NCBI GenBank assembly: GCA_012862495.1 | Contig: BLSG01000117.1 | Location: 15,636-71,214 of the forward strand | Direction: 5' to 3' | DNA: 55,579 bases | From: Thraustochytrium aureum | Taxonomy: Eukaryota | Shown here: positions 46,557-55,579 of the stretch, one piece after another | Layout: each line of letters begins with the position of its first letter | Position numbering within the stretch: the first letter of the stretch is position 1 | Made by a program: the position numbers and the translations under genes | The notes under the pieces: model-generated | Told to the model about the DNA's origin: nothing | Seen by the model: the letters and a program-made list of their open reading frames with translations, nothing else | Database searches by the model: none

Positions 46557-48513
46557 TTAGAGCTTGCTGGTTGGGGCGCCAGCGATCGCGGCAATGTCGC
46601 GGAGCGCTTGCTCGACAGCCTGGCAAAAGGCCTCGCTGTTCGTGGTCTTGCAGGAGACCTTGCTCTCCACGCAGAGGGTCACCTCCTCCGTGCGGGGAAT
46701 GTAGCAAACGCCGTACCCGTCGGGCATGACCGTGCCAAAGAGCCCGCCAAAGGGGCGCTTGATGTACGAGTTGTTGCTGGTGGAGAGGACAAAACCGCCA
46801 GTGGAACCGCTCTTCTCGAAAAGCGGGTTGCTGAAAAGCGCAGGCTGCGAGCCGTCCTCAGAGAGCATGCGCAGCCCAAACATGTGCCGGTCAACGCCCT
46901 CCCCCTTCTGGCCGTCGCTCAGGTACTGAAGGTGGGCCCTGCAGGCCTCGACCAGGAGGCGCTTGGCCTCGGGCCGATCCGCTTCGTCTCGGGTGCGCAA
47001 GTACCCGCCCATCGGCCCTTGCAAATGCCTCTGAGGCCTCGCTCACGACGCGGCACGTCTCGGTGCGCCCTTTGAGGTAGGAAACCATGCCGATGGTCTC
47101 GTAGGTGGCAACGGGCTCAGAGGCCCCAGTGAGCCGTCGGTAGGCGAGTTGCATAGCCATCTGCACAGCAGCGTCGGGGCTGATTCCAGCAGCCTTCCAC
47201 ACCGGCGTCCCGAGGCCCTTGCAGCGATAGACCTTGACATCGGAATCTGCGATCGCCTCTTGCATGATCTTTTTGGCAGCTGCAAGATGCGCGGCGACTT
47301 CTGAGGTCACGTTCCACTTAACAGCAGAATGCGGGGCCCAGGGGCCAGAGCGGTGGGCCCCGGCTGCGGCGCGGCCAGCAGCGATGGTGGCCGACGCGTC
47401 CAGGCCCTCTGCGTACGGCAGGGCGCGGTTGAAGAACATGTCGAGCGGGACCGGAGCGTCTGCCCAGCTGTGCTCGATGTTGATCGAGGGGTTGCCGTCT
47501 TGCTTGACCTTGATCTGGAACGACTTGTCAAACCACGAGGTCTGGCCGTCGCCCACGAAGCAGCTCCTGCCGCAGTCGTCATCCGAGGCGTCCACGCCTT
47601 GCTCTAGGCTGAGCGTGAAGAGTGCGCTCTCGACGTCCTTGAGAGCCTTGGCGTTGATTGGGTCGGCGACGAGGCCGTTTCGCACCTTGGCCCAGGTCGT
47701 CCTGTCTGTCCCCGTGAGGACGCACATCGGGTTGGGGTCGGGCCCGCGCTGCTTGGCTTCTTGGTGGATGCTGGCCAGGGAGGCGTAGAGGAGGTCGATC
47801 GGGATCACCTCGCGGTTCTCGCCGAGCACGGGCAGCGTGTAGATGCGCTTGTTGGCGATGACTGCGATGTGGCGCGACTCGGCCTCAGAGTACTTGACGA
47901 GGTGGTCCTCAACCACACCCGGGACGCGGTTGAGCGAAAACATGCGCGTGTACTGGTCCATGCACTGGGGCCCCGCTTTGGATTTGAGAGGCTCTACGGT
48001 TCCCTCGAGCAGGCCGATGTGGAAGAGCAGCGCCCCGCGCGCCAGGGCAGCGGCGCTGAAGATCTGGTCCCAGGACTTGCGGTGCTCGCCGAAGAGGTAG
48101 CCCGTCACGTTGCTGTTGATAGGCAGCGCGGCGCGCCACGCCATGTAGCAACCCGGAATCCAAAAGCGGTCGAGCCAGTTGTCGGCTGACGCGCGGAGAG
48201 CCTCCAGCTCGCGCTGCCGCCGCGCCAGCTCGGGGTCGGCCAACGCAGCCTCGGCGTCCTCGCGCACCTTGCGCCGCTCATCCTCGCTCGTCACGAACGG
48301 CTCCACGGTGGTCAGAAACTTGTCCAGGGTCTCCTTGACCGACCGCAGCGGCAGCCTGGGCAGCCCCTTTTGGTGCGCGAACGTCTCATTGGAGGCAAAC
48401 GCCTCATAGGGTCCACGGCCCATCGCGAGCGTCCTCCGCGCCCCTGCGCACCCCTTCGCCCTCCAAAGCGTGCCGCAAACGCTTCTCCTGGCAGCGCCAA
48501 GCCCAGCTACCAT
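46557..48513 (-). CDS. Carnitine O-acyltransferase paralog B (N-terminal presequence-like extension, C-terminal SKL); one extra base at ~47013-47015
   Basis: LPRLPL, WFDKSFQ, catalytic IEHSWAD, DAAVQMAMQLAY, TYET..GRTET, GEGVDRHMFGL, LSTS, PDGYGVCY. Frames join as SEAFARA|MGGY, matching SEAFVAAM in paralog A. Confidence 0.93.
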
Positions 48514-49171
48514 CCGAGCCTACTAGCGCGCGTAAAATCGCCCAGGCCCTCGATTCCTCGAACTCCGAACAACCGCCACGAAGCTCGACCAGCACGGCGC
48601 GGATGTCTGTCTGCCTCCAGCTCGAGTATCGCCAAGGGCAGAAAGAGCTCGCGCAGTAGGACTGACGCGCTGGCCTCGCGCACTTCCCAAACCTCAGCCA
48701 ACGCGGCGGCGGCCGCGCAGATTCGACAGCGCACAAAGCAATTCTCAAGCACAAACCAGCAGCTGCGCGAGCAGATCTACGGCTCCCAAGGCCGCCTGCT
48801 GGGCCTGTCTTTCCCGCGCTCCGCAAGTCCAATCCAATCGGGGTCTGCCTGCTTGGCCGCGGCAGAGTCTGTCTGTCCTCCTTAAGATCAGTCCGCCCGT
48901 GCAGTCCCCTATTCGCTCTTAAGGTAGATAAACAGCGGGATTGGGCGATGAAGCAGAGAGATCCGTTACGGAGTGGGGGAAAAGTGCGACAAAGGGCGAC
49001 GGCGGATTCCGTTGCGACTTGGGCGCTCGCTTCGATGGCGGAGCGAGCGCCTGTTCGGCAGGAGTGGGAGCTGGTCGCGAGCGCCAGGCGGTCGGGCAAG
49101 CGAGGGGCGCTGCGGACGCACGACGGCGGCGCTGGACGGCGCTGCGCGGTCGTTGCCTCCTGCCTCGGGGG

Positions 49172-50204
49172 ATGAAGACGTATGTGTGCTGGGTATGCAT
49201 GCGCGACTTTAAGCTAAGCAGCGAGCTGCTGAAGCACGAAGGGGCGAGGGAGCACCTGGAGCTGCTGTACAAGCAAGCTATTGGAAGGGACGACGGCCCG
49301 GAGGGCAGGAAGCGCGAGGAGCGGCGCGCCGTTCTCGCCGGAGACGACGAAGTGGACGACGCCGACCCCTTTGTTGAGAAGCGCAACACGCTCTCTTTCT
49401 GCAGGTGCATCCTCGGGTGGCGTGTTGGCGCGTGCTCGCGCTGCTCTGAGGCAAAGATCGACGTCAAGGGCCTCCGCCGACAAATCTTCGCCGATGCGCT
49501 TGCCCTAGAAATAAGCAGGCAAGCGACAATACGACGGAAGCAAAGCCTCGGGCGTGGCTTGCAGGAGTTTATTGGCGAGGCCGAGTATGACGCCAAGCAA
49601 GCGGGCCGCGAAGCAGAGTTGCAGATGGCCCCGGGCCTGCCGATGGGGCGACAGCTGCTTCGCTTCATCCAATACCAGGCGCGGAAAAGGTTTTCCCCCA
49701 GCGACGAGGCGCGCAGGAGCAAGAGCCCGCTGATGAGCAGCGAGGTTCGGCGCAAGTCGTTCCGGACCGTGCACGTCCTTGGGGCGGAGATTCCGAATCC
49801 CCAGCTGGTCGTTGACGCCGTCCCAGAAACGGCGGGCAAGGCCGCCCAGCGGGTGAAGGACGCCGCCAGGCGCGTCACCGGGGCAGTTCGAGGTTGCGAC
49901 CCGGCAGACCTCGAAGCCGCTTCAAGTCCGCTCCTTGCGAGCAGCGCTCGCCGCCAAGACCCTGGGTCAGCAGCGTCTCGCCGTGCAAGCGAAGCGCTCG
50001 AGAAGGCGCTCAGGGTCGTCCACTCCTCGCCCAAGCTAAGCGCAGCGCTCAGCCGTGCCAGCTTTGGGTCCCTTCCTGGCCCCAGCAGCGCGCGCGGCCA
50101 CCTCAACCTGGCTGAGGCGCCTCGCGGCGAAGAGCCGCATATTGACCCCGCTTCGGGTTCGGGGTTGGCCCCTGCGCAAGAAGCGAGGTGTTCTGAGCCA
50201 TCAG
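49172..50204 (+). CDS. Hypothetical protein with N-terminal C2H2-type zinc finger (3' end in gap)
   Basis: MKTYVCWVCMRDFKLSSELLKHEGAREH fits C-x2-C-x12-H-x5-H. A second Cys cluster CRC...CSRC follows, in a long open frame. Confidence 0.6.
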
Positions 50205-50484
50205 NNNNNNNNNNNNNNNNNNNNNNNNNNNNNNNNNNNNNNNNNNNNNNNNNNNNNNNNNNNNNNNNNNNNNNNNNNNNNNNNNNNNNNNNNNNNNNNN
50301 NNNNNNNNNNNNNNNNNNNNNNNNNNNNNNNNCCTATTTATTCATCATCATCATCCATCAGTTTACTTTTCTAAAGAAAGAACAGAAGCTGGCTTGGCAA
50401 GGCAGGAGGCGTCTGGGCCGCAAGCAGAGCCCCACCTCCGCCCGGCCCAGCCTGCTCACAGGATCGGTTGCGCCGCTGTCGCCG

Positions 50485-51246
50485 TTAGTCCCACCAGTCG
50501 TCATCCCCGTCCAGGTCAGCCTCGGTGGTCCGGATTGACTTGGCGCTCTTTTCGAAGCGCGACACGTGCTTCTTGTCGCTCTCCGCGTTCTCAGGCGGAA
50601 TGCCGTCGTGGAAGATCGCTCTGTGCTTGCCCAGCACGAAAGCCGCCATGGCAGTGCTGAAATCGTCGCTGCCGCCAAACTCGTCCATGCCGACAATAGT
50701 GTGCTCGGTCTTGCCGTTGAGCGCGATCACAATCGAGGGCATCATCCAGATGTTGAGCCGCTCCACCAAGAACGGGCTCTTCTCTGCATCGATCTTGATG
50801 AATTTGGTCTCCACGTGCTTGTGCGCCAGCTCGCGGAGGTGCTTGTCGATGATGTTGCACCGCAGGGTGGCGCTGCGGAAGAAGTGGATCACAACGCGTT
50901 CGCTGCCCTTCACCTCGGCGAAAAAGTCTTTCTCGCCCTGCACCTCGCGGTATTCCCCGTGCCCCTTCGCGACCCACTCGGCCCTCTTCTCCGCCTGCTT
51001 TCGCATCGCCGCCTTGCGTTGCTCGCGCATCTCATCCAGCTCGCTCTCGCGCATATCCTCAACGCGGCTCAGCTTGGCAATATCCTCGTCCATCTGATCC
51101 TCCACATGCTGGAGCGTCTTGAGCACATTGCTCGCCATGGCCCTCTCCATATACGCCACTTGCTGATCCACGCCCGCCTGCATTTGCTGCGACTGCATCT
51201 CCGCCGAGAGCCGCTCTTTCGCGGACGCCTTCGCTTCGTCCGACAT
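50485..51246 (-). CDS. TXNDC9: Phosducin-like thioredoxin domain protein 9 (PhLP3/Plp1)
   Basis: GHGEYREV..EKDFF..VVIHFFR..RCNIIDKHL..KHVETKFIKIDAEKSPFLVERLNI..VGMDEFGGSDDFST, with an acidic tail. Confidence 0.93.
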   Translation of the reverse strand: MSDEAKASAKERLSAEMQSQQMQAGVDQQVAYMERAMASNVLKTLQHVEDQMDEDIAKLSRVEDMRESELDEMREQRKAAMRKQAEKRAEWVAKGHGEYREVQGEKDFFAEVKGSERVVIHFFRSATLRCNIIDKHLRELAHKHVETKFIKIDAEKSPFLVERLNIWMMPSIVIALNGKTEHTIVGMDEFGGSDDFSTAMAAFVLGKHRAIFHDGIPPENAESDKKHVSRFEKSAKSIRTTEADLDGDDDWWD

Positions 51247-51601
51247 CCTCGCGCGCCCAAACCAACCTCCACGCACAGCGCACAAGCCGACCACCGCAGC
51301 CAATCGCGCACCGCCGCAACAAGGTAAGCTCCCAGGCCTTCAACGTATCCGACGCCTGTCCTGCTCGCCGTACCGCCTCGCGCCAGACGCCCCGCGAGCT
51401 CCCTTGCCTCGCCTCCCTCACTCCCTTCCTTCCTTCGTTTGGGCTCTGCTCAGGCCCCGCGCAACGGCCGCACTGCGCCAGGCCAGAGCCCGCCGACATG
51501 CCCTCGGTAAACCCTCTGCCGCGCGAGGCTCGCCCACGGCAGTCATGAATGCACCACCAAATATCCTCTTGGCGTGTACGTGCACGTGCGTCCCGGAGGT
51601 G

Positions 51602-51776
51602 CCTCGAAAGATCCTCGTCCGCACTTTCACCCACCTCGAAAGATCCTCTGGGGACGGGTTGCACTGTGAGACGGCGTCTGTGCTCCCTCGAAAGATCCTC
51701 GTCCACACTTTCACCCACCTCGAAGAATCCTCTGGGGACAGGAAGGTTGGGCTCTTTTCTTCCTCGAAATATCCTC
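51602..51776. repeat. Compound repeat: two ~54-bp copies at 84-bp period built from a 15-bp motif CCTCGAA(AG/GA/AT)ATCCTC (5 copies)
   Basis: The motif occurs at 51602, 51634, 51686, 51718 and 51762. Confidence 0.85.
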
Positions 51777-52271
51777 AGGGGTGGGTGTGCACCTCGCTGT
51801 GTTCCTTCGAACGTCGGGCGGACAGAGTCTTTTTGGTGTTGCGGTTGTGCGCGTCTGGAGTGGGGAAAGTGCCCTTGCAGAACAGGTGGATGGATGGCAG
51901 GGACTGGCGCCATGATGCCGCATCTTGGCCGAAAAAGAGCAGGCAAGAGCAGGAGAGCGACAGGGGATCACGTGCAGCACGCCCGTGGCGCCTCTACCAA
52001 TGAAACGTACTCGCCGGAAACAGCGCTTGCCGAGGTGGCTGACTGACACTCGTCACCAAACAGTTCGTCGGTTCAATGATGATCTGTTCTGTGTGTCTCA
52101 CAGTTGATTGAGTACCCGAGTAAACCTACAGACCGCTAACGAGACCAACGGCGGCATCATCAGCAGCAGCAGCGGCGGCGGCAGCAGCAGAAGCAGCGCA
52201 GCGCAAGGCGGCAGAGAGGCCGGTAGGTTGAGCTGCGATCGCCAGGGCAGGGCAGCGGCGGCAAGTCGAAG

Positions 52272-52619
52272 ATGGCCGGATCCAAGCTGGCCGAGCTGGC
52301 TGCGCTCGCGCAGCAGCCCGAAGCTCTGGCAGCCGTCGTGACCGCGTTCGTGCTGGGCGCCACGTTGGTGTACATCGTCATGTCGGCGTGGGTGCGGGAC
52401 GCCAAGGCAAAGGTGGCGCTCGCCACCGTCAACCCGAACGTAAACAAGGACCAGGAGAAGGTTGTCACGACCTGCATGATCCAGGACGTCGAGGACGCAG
52501 GCAAGCTCGTCATGTGCCGCTGCTGGAGGTCCAAGACGTTCCCCAAGTGCGACGGGAGCCACAACAGCTTCAACAAGGCCACCGGGGACAACGTTGGCCC
52601 GCTCATCATCTCCAAGTAG
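52272..52619 (+). CDS. CISD: CDGSH iron-sulfur (NEET) protein, mitoNEET/CISD1-2 type
   Basis: N-terminal TM helix, VNPNVNKDQEKVV, CRCWRSKTFPKCDGSHN and TGDNVGPLII. Confidence 0.96.
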   Translation: MAGSKLAELAALAQQPEALAAVVTAFVLGATLVYIVMSAWVRDAKAKVALATVNPNVNKDQEKVVTTCMIQDVEDAGKLVMCRCWRSKTFPKCDGSHNSFNKATGDNVGPLIISK

Positions 52620-52765
52620 TCGCAACCGCACAAAACCATCTTGTCATCGTCGTTCTTACTCTAAAGCCCACCCCCAGGCGCGCAGGCGCGCTCGCCGGCA
52701 CGCAAGCCGCTCAAGCGCGCCGCGGCCTCGGCCCTGCGCCATCAACGCTCCCGCGACCTGCGCAG

Positions 52766-53748
52766 NNNNNNNNNNNNNNNNNNNNNNNNNNNNNNNNNNN
52801 NNNNNNNNNNNNNNNNNNNNNNNNNNNNNNNNNNNNNNNNNNNNNNNNNNNNNNNNNNNNNNNNNNNNNNNNNNNNNNNNNNNNNNNNNNNNNNNNNNNN
52901 NNNNNNNNNNNNNNNNNNNNNNNNNNNNNNNNNNNNNNNNNNNNNNNNNNNNNNNNNNNNNNNNNNNNNNNNNNNNNNNNNNNNNNNNNNNNNNNNNNNN
53001 NNNNNNNNNNNNNNNNNNNNNNNNNNNNNNNNNNNNNNNNNNNNNNNNNNNNNNNNNNNNNNNNNNNNNNNNNNNNNNNNNNNNNNNNNNNNNNNNNNNN
53101 NNNNNNNNNNNNNNNNNNNNNNNNNNNNNNNNNNNNNNNNNNNNNNNNNNNNNNNNNNNNNNNNNNNNNNNNNNNNNNNNNNNNNNNNNNNNNNNNNNNN
53201 NNNNNNNNNNNNNNNNNNNNNNNNNNNNNNNNNNNNNNNNNNNNNNNNNNNNNNNNNNNNNNNNNNNNNNNNNNNNNNNNNNNNNNNNNNNNNNNNNNNN
53301 NNNNNNNNNNNNNNNNNNNNNNNNNNNNNNNNNNNNNNNNNNNNNNNNNNNNNNNNNNNNNNNNNNNNNNNNNNNNNNNNNNNNNNNNNNNNNNNNNNNN
53401 NNNNNNNNNNNNNNNNNNNNNNNNNNNNNNNNNNNNNNNNNNNNNNNNNNNNNNNNNNNNNNNNNNNNNNNNNNNNNNNNNNNNNNNNNNNNNNNNNNNN
53501 NNNNNNNNNNNNNNNNNNNNNNNNNNNNNNNNNNNNNNNNNNNNNNNNNNNNNNNNNNNNNNNNNNNNNNNNNNNNNNNNNNNNNNNNNNNNNNNNNNNN
53601 NNNNNNNNNNNNNNNNNNNNNNNNNNNNNNNNNNNNNNNNNNNNNNNNNNNNNNNNNNNNNNNNNNNNNNNNNNNNNNNNNNNNNNNNNNNNNNNNNNNN
53701 NNNNNNNNNNNNNNNNNNNNNNNNNNNNNNNNNNNNNNNNNNNNNNNN
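52766..53748. other. Largest of 13 assembly gaps (others: 5884-6344, 17823-17993, 19936-20015, 24872-25162, 26594-27365, 30300-30494, 33563-33776, 35417-35775, 41637-41657, 44646-44804, 50205-50332, 54704-54723)
   Basis: N runs in the sequence. Confidence 0.99.
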
Positions 53749-53965
53749 CCTTCACTGTGTGATGCACAAGTGCGCGCAGCGCGGGCACGTGCACGCCTGC
53801 CGCTGGCTCGTCGACCAAACTGATGTCAAGCGCTTGTTGAGTCCAGACAAGTCGGGGCTGCGGCCTGCGGACCTCGCGAGCGCGAATGGGTATGTCGCCC
53901 TCGCGCACGAGCTCGAGGGTATAACGCGGGCTGTTTGCGGCGCTGGAGCTGGCCGCGCGGTCTGA
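53749..53965 (+). CDS. C-terminal fragment of the zinc-finger/ankyrin protein whose upstream part lies at 54724-55579
   Basis: LHCVMHKCAQRGHVHACRWLV..DKSGLRPADLASANGY are ankyrin repeats. The fragment begins with CCTTCACT, identical and in frame with the last 8 nt of the window. Confidence 0.8.
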
Positions 53966-54240
53966 GCAGAACGGCCGGATTTGCGGCAGAGGGGTTATAA
54001 ATTATCCAGGTGGTCGGCATCGAACGTCCCTGTGCGTGACGCTCGGCCCGAAAGGCGAGATTGGCGCCCCCGTGCGCGCGCAGTGTCATGGAGTGGGCGC
54101 TGCGCGCAGCGCATTTTCGTGCAGTCGGTCGGCTGTACGGTCATATCATTGAATCTACTAGTGGGGCGCGAGCAAGTGCGGCCCGCCAGCCCGATCCCGG
54201 AAGCACACGTCAGTCCATCAGGGCAGGACAGCCCGGCGAG

Positions 54241-54703
54241 TTATTCGCCAAGAAAGTCCCACGTCGTGCCGCTGCGCACGATGGCCTCCATGGTGTGCTC
54301 TTGGCTCTCCAGGAGGTCTCGTTTCCGCTCGAGGCCCTCCCGCAGAAGGGAGACCAAACCCTTTTCGCGGTCTGGCGTGCCACCCTTGGGCCGCATGAAG
54401 CGCGAGCTGGACGACTCCTCAACCGGCTGAAGGCGCGCCTTGCCGGAGAGAATCGACTGCTGCAACCCGTCTGGCAGCGGCGCCTTTTCCTTCGGAACTT
54501 GGCGCAGCTTGGACTGGGCTGTGGCCAGTTGGTCCAGCGCATGTGTGGGGCGTCGGAGCGCAGCGCCTGCCGCCGCCAAATGCGCAGCCGAGGTCGCGCT
54601 TGGAATGCAAGCAGGGCTCGTCTCGGCGCCGCGATCGCGGCGGCGAGACGGGCCGCCTTGCTCATGAGGCGACCCACCGATGACGTCTAGCGTACTTGAC
54701 GGA
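54241..54703 (-). CDS. C-terminal part of a protein with two WH2-like motifs and a WCA-like tail
   Basis: ALDQLATAQSKLRQV and LQQSILSGKARLQPV (helix plus LxxV), amphipathic GLVSLLREGLERKRDLL, terminal TWDFLGE*. Confidence 0.5.
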
Positions 54704-54723
54704 NNNNNNNNNNNNNNNNNNNN

Positions 54724-55579
54724 GCGCCCTTCCGCAGGCTCTGCGTGAACGCGAGGGCAAACGACAAGGGCCACATCGAGCTGACCTCGAGGCCGCACGC
54801 GGCCGAGCTCGGGGCCCAAGGCCTGGTGCAGTGCCCGACCTGCCTCAAGTTTTTCGGCGGCGCTCGCGGCGTGAGGGACCACCGCCTCGTCGTGCACGGC
54901 GACGACTACGAAACGGGCTCCCACGTCGCGCGGCAAGCCGAGCAGGCGCTCGCTGTGCCGTCTCTGGACCCTGCTGCAGCGGCGCAGATCGCAGCTGCTC
55001 GCGCCAGGGGTCGCGACACGATGCTTGCTCGCGCCAGCCAAGCGGCTCGCCGAAGGGCCGCCGGCGAATCTCTCGGCATTGTCGCTGCAAAGATGGGCGA
55101 CCTTGATGCGCTGCGAGCCGCGGTCGAGGCTGGCTGGGACCCAGTACATGGAACGGACGGGGATGGGTCCTCCGCTGCCGAATGGGCGGCGGGCTGCGGC
55201 CACTTGCGCGTGCTCCGCGCGCTGGTCTCAGAGTTCGGTTGCGACCCTGCGGTTCGCAACGCCAAGGGGCTGATGCGGACGCCGCTGCACTGGGCGAGCC
55301 GAAAAGGCCACATTGATGTGGTCCGCTATCTCGTAGACCAGTGCGGGGTCCCGGTCGACGTTGCCATGGCGGAGAACACGACGCCGCTCCACTATGCCGT
55401 GTACGGGGAGCAGAGCCAGGTGTGCGACGAGCTCATTTCTCGCGGAGCGGACGTTCACGTCCTCAACGATCACGGCTGCAACGCGGTGCAGTGGGCTGCG
55501 CTGACCGGCTCTGTCGCGATGCTAGAGTACCTCCGCGACAAGGGCGTTGACTTTTACGTGGTGAACAACAACCTTCACT
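54724..55579 (+). CDS. C2H2 zinc finger + ankyrin repeat protein (both ends open; absent from the ORF track)
   Basis: The frame from 54724 is open to the window end. It contains CPTCLKFFGGARGVRDHRLVVH, then DGSSAAEWAAGCGHL, RTPLHWASRKGHIDVVRYLV, TTPLHYAVYG and HGCNAVQWAALTG. Confidence 0.92.

Noticed and set aside
46557..48513. Pseudogene call for acyltransferase B and other frameshifted genes
   Set aside because: Each has only isolated 1-nt indels, intact catalytic motifs, retained codon bias and no nonsense mutations. The pattern is window-wide.
51602..51776. CRISPR-like repeat-spacer array
   Set aside because: The repeat is only 15 bp, spacers are unequal and partly duplicated, there are no cas genes, and the context is eukaryotic.
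54241..55203. 320-aa minus-strand ORF as a complete gene
   Set aside because: The part beyond the 54704 gap is antisense to the ankyrin gene on a probably misplaced contig. Only 54241-54703 is supported.
1..55579. Transposons, endogenous viral genes, tRNA/rRNA genes
   Set aside because: I recognised no transposase, RT, integrase or capsid motifs, terminal repeats, cloverleafs or rRNA signatures. Gaps could hide short elements.

Overview
This is a GC-rich, gene-dense, intron-poor eukaryotic scaffold with 13 N-gaps. GT-AG introns with CTRAC branch points and a CEP83 gene imply a flagellated protist; a stramenopile such as a labyrinthulomycete is only a guess. I support about 19 protein-coding genes: MCM8, URI1-like, CCDC177-like, a secreted trypsin, SEC14/CRAL-TRIO-GOLD, a ~3000-aa WD40 multidomain protein, a long coiled-coil protein, a CTL/SLC44 transporter, a membrane protein, CEP83, a DUSP, RMND5/GID2, spatacsin (SPG11), two tandem carnitine acyltransferases, a C2H2 protein, TXNDC9, a NEET/CISD protein, a zinc-finger-ankyrin protein and a WH2/WCA-like C-terminus. 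I see no RNA genes, CRISPR arrays or mobile elements. The ORF track misses several things: at least 7 single-base frameshifts in otherwise intact genes (probably homopolymer errors), two false gaps with duplicated flanks, and a terminal contig that belongs in the 983-nt gap. The best biological leads are the carnitine acyltransferase pair (conversion tract, divergent active sites and targeting signals, in-frame duplicated tail after the stop), the WD40/TSNAXIP1-like/PPC-like fusion protein and a divergent WCA-like protein. I cannot claim a wholly new system from sequence alone.
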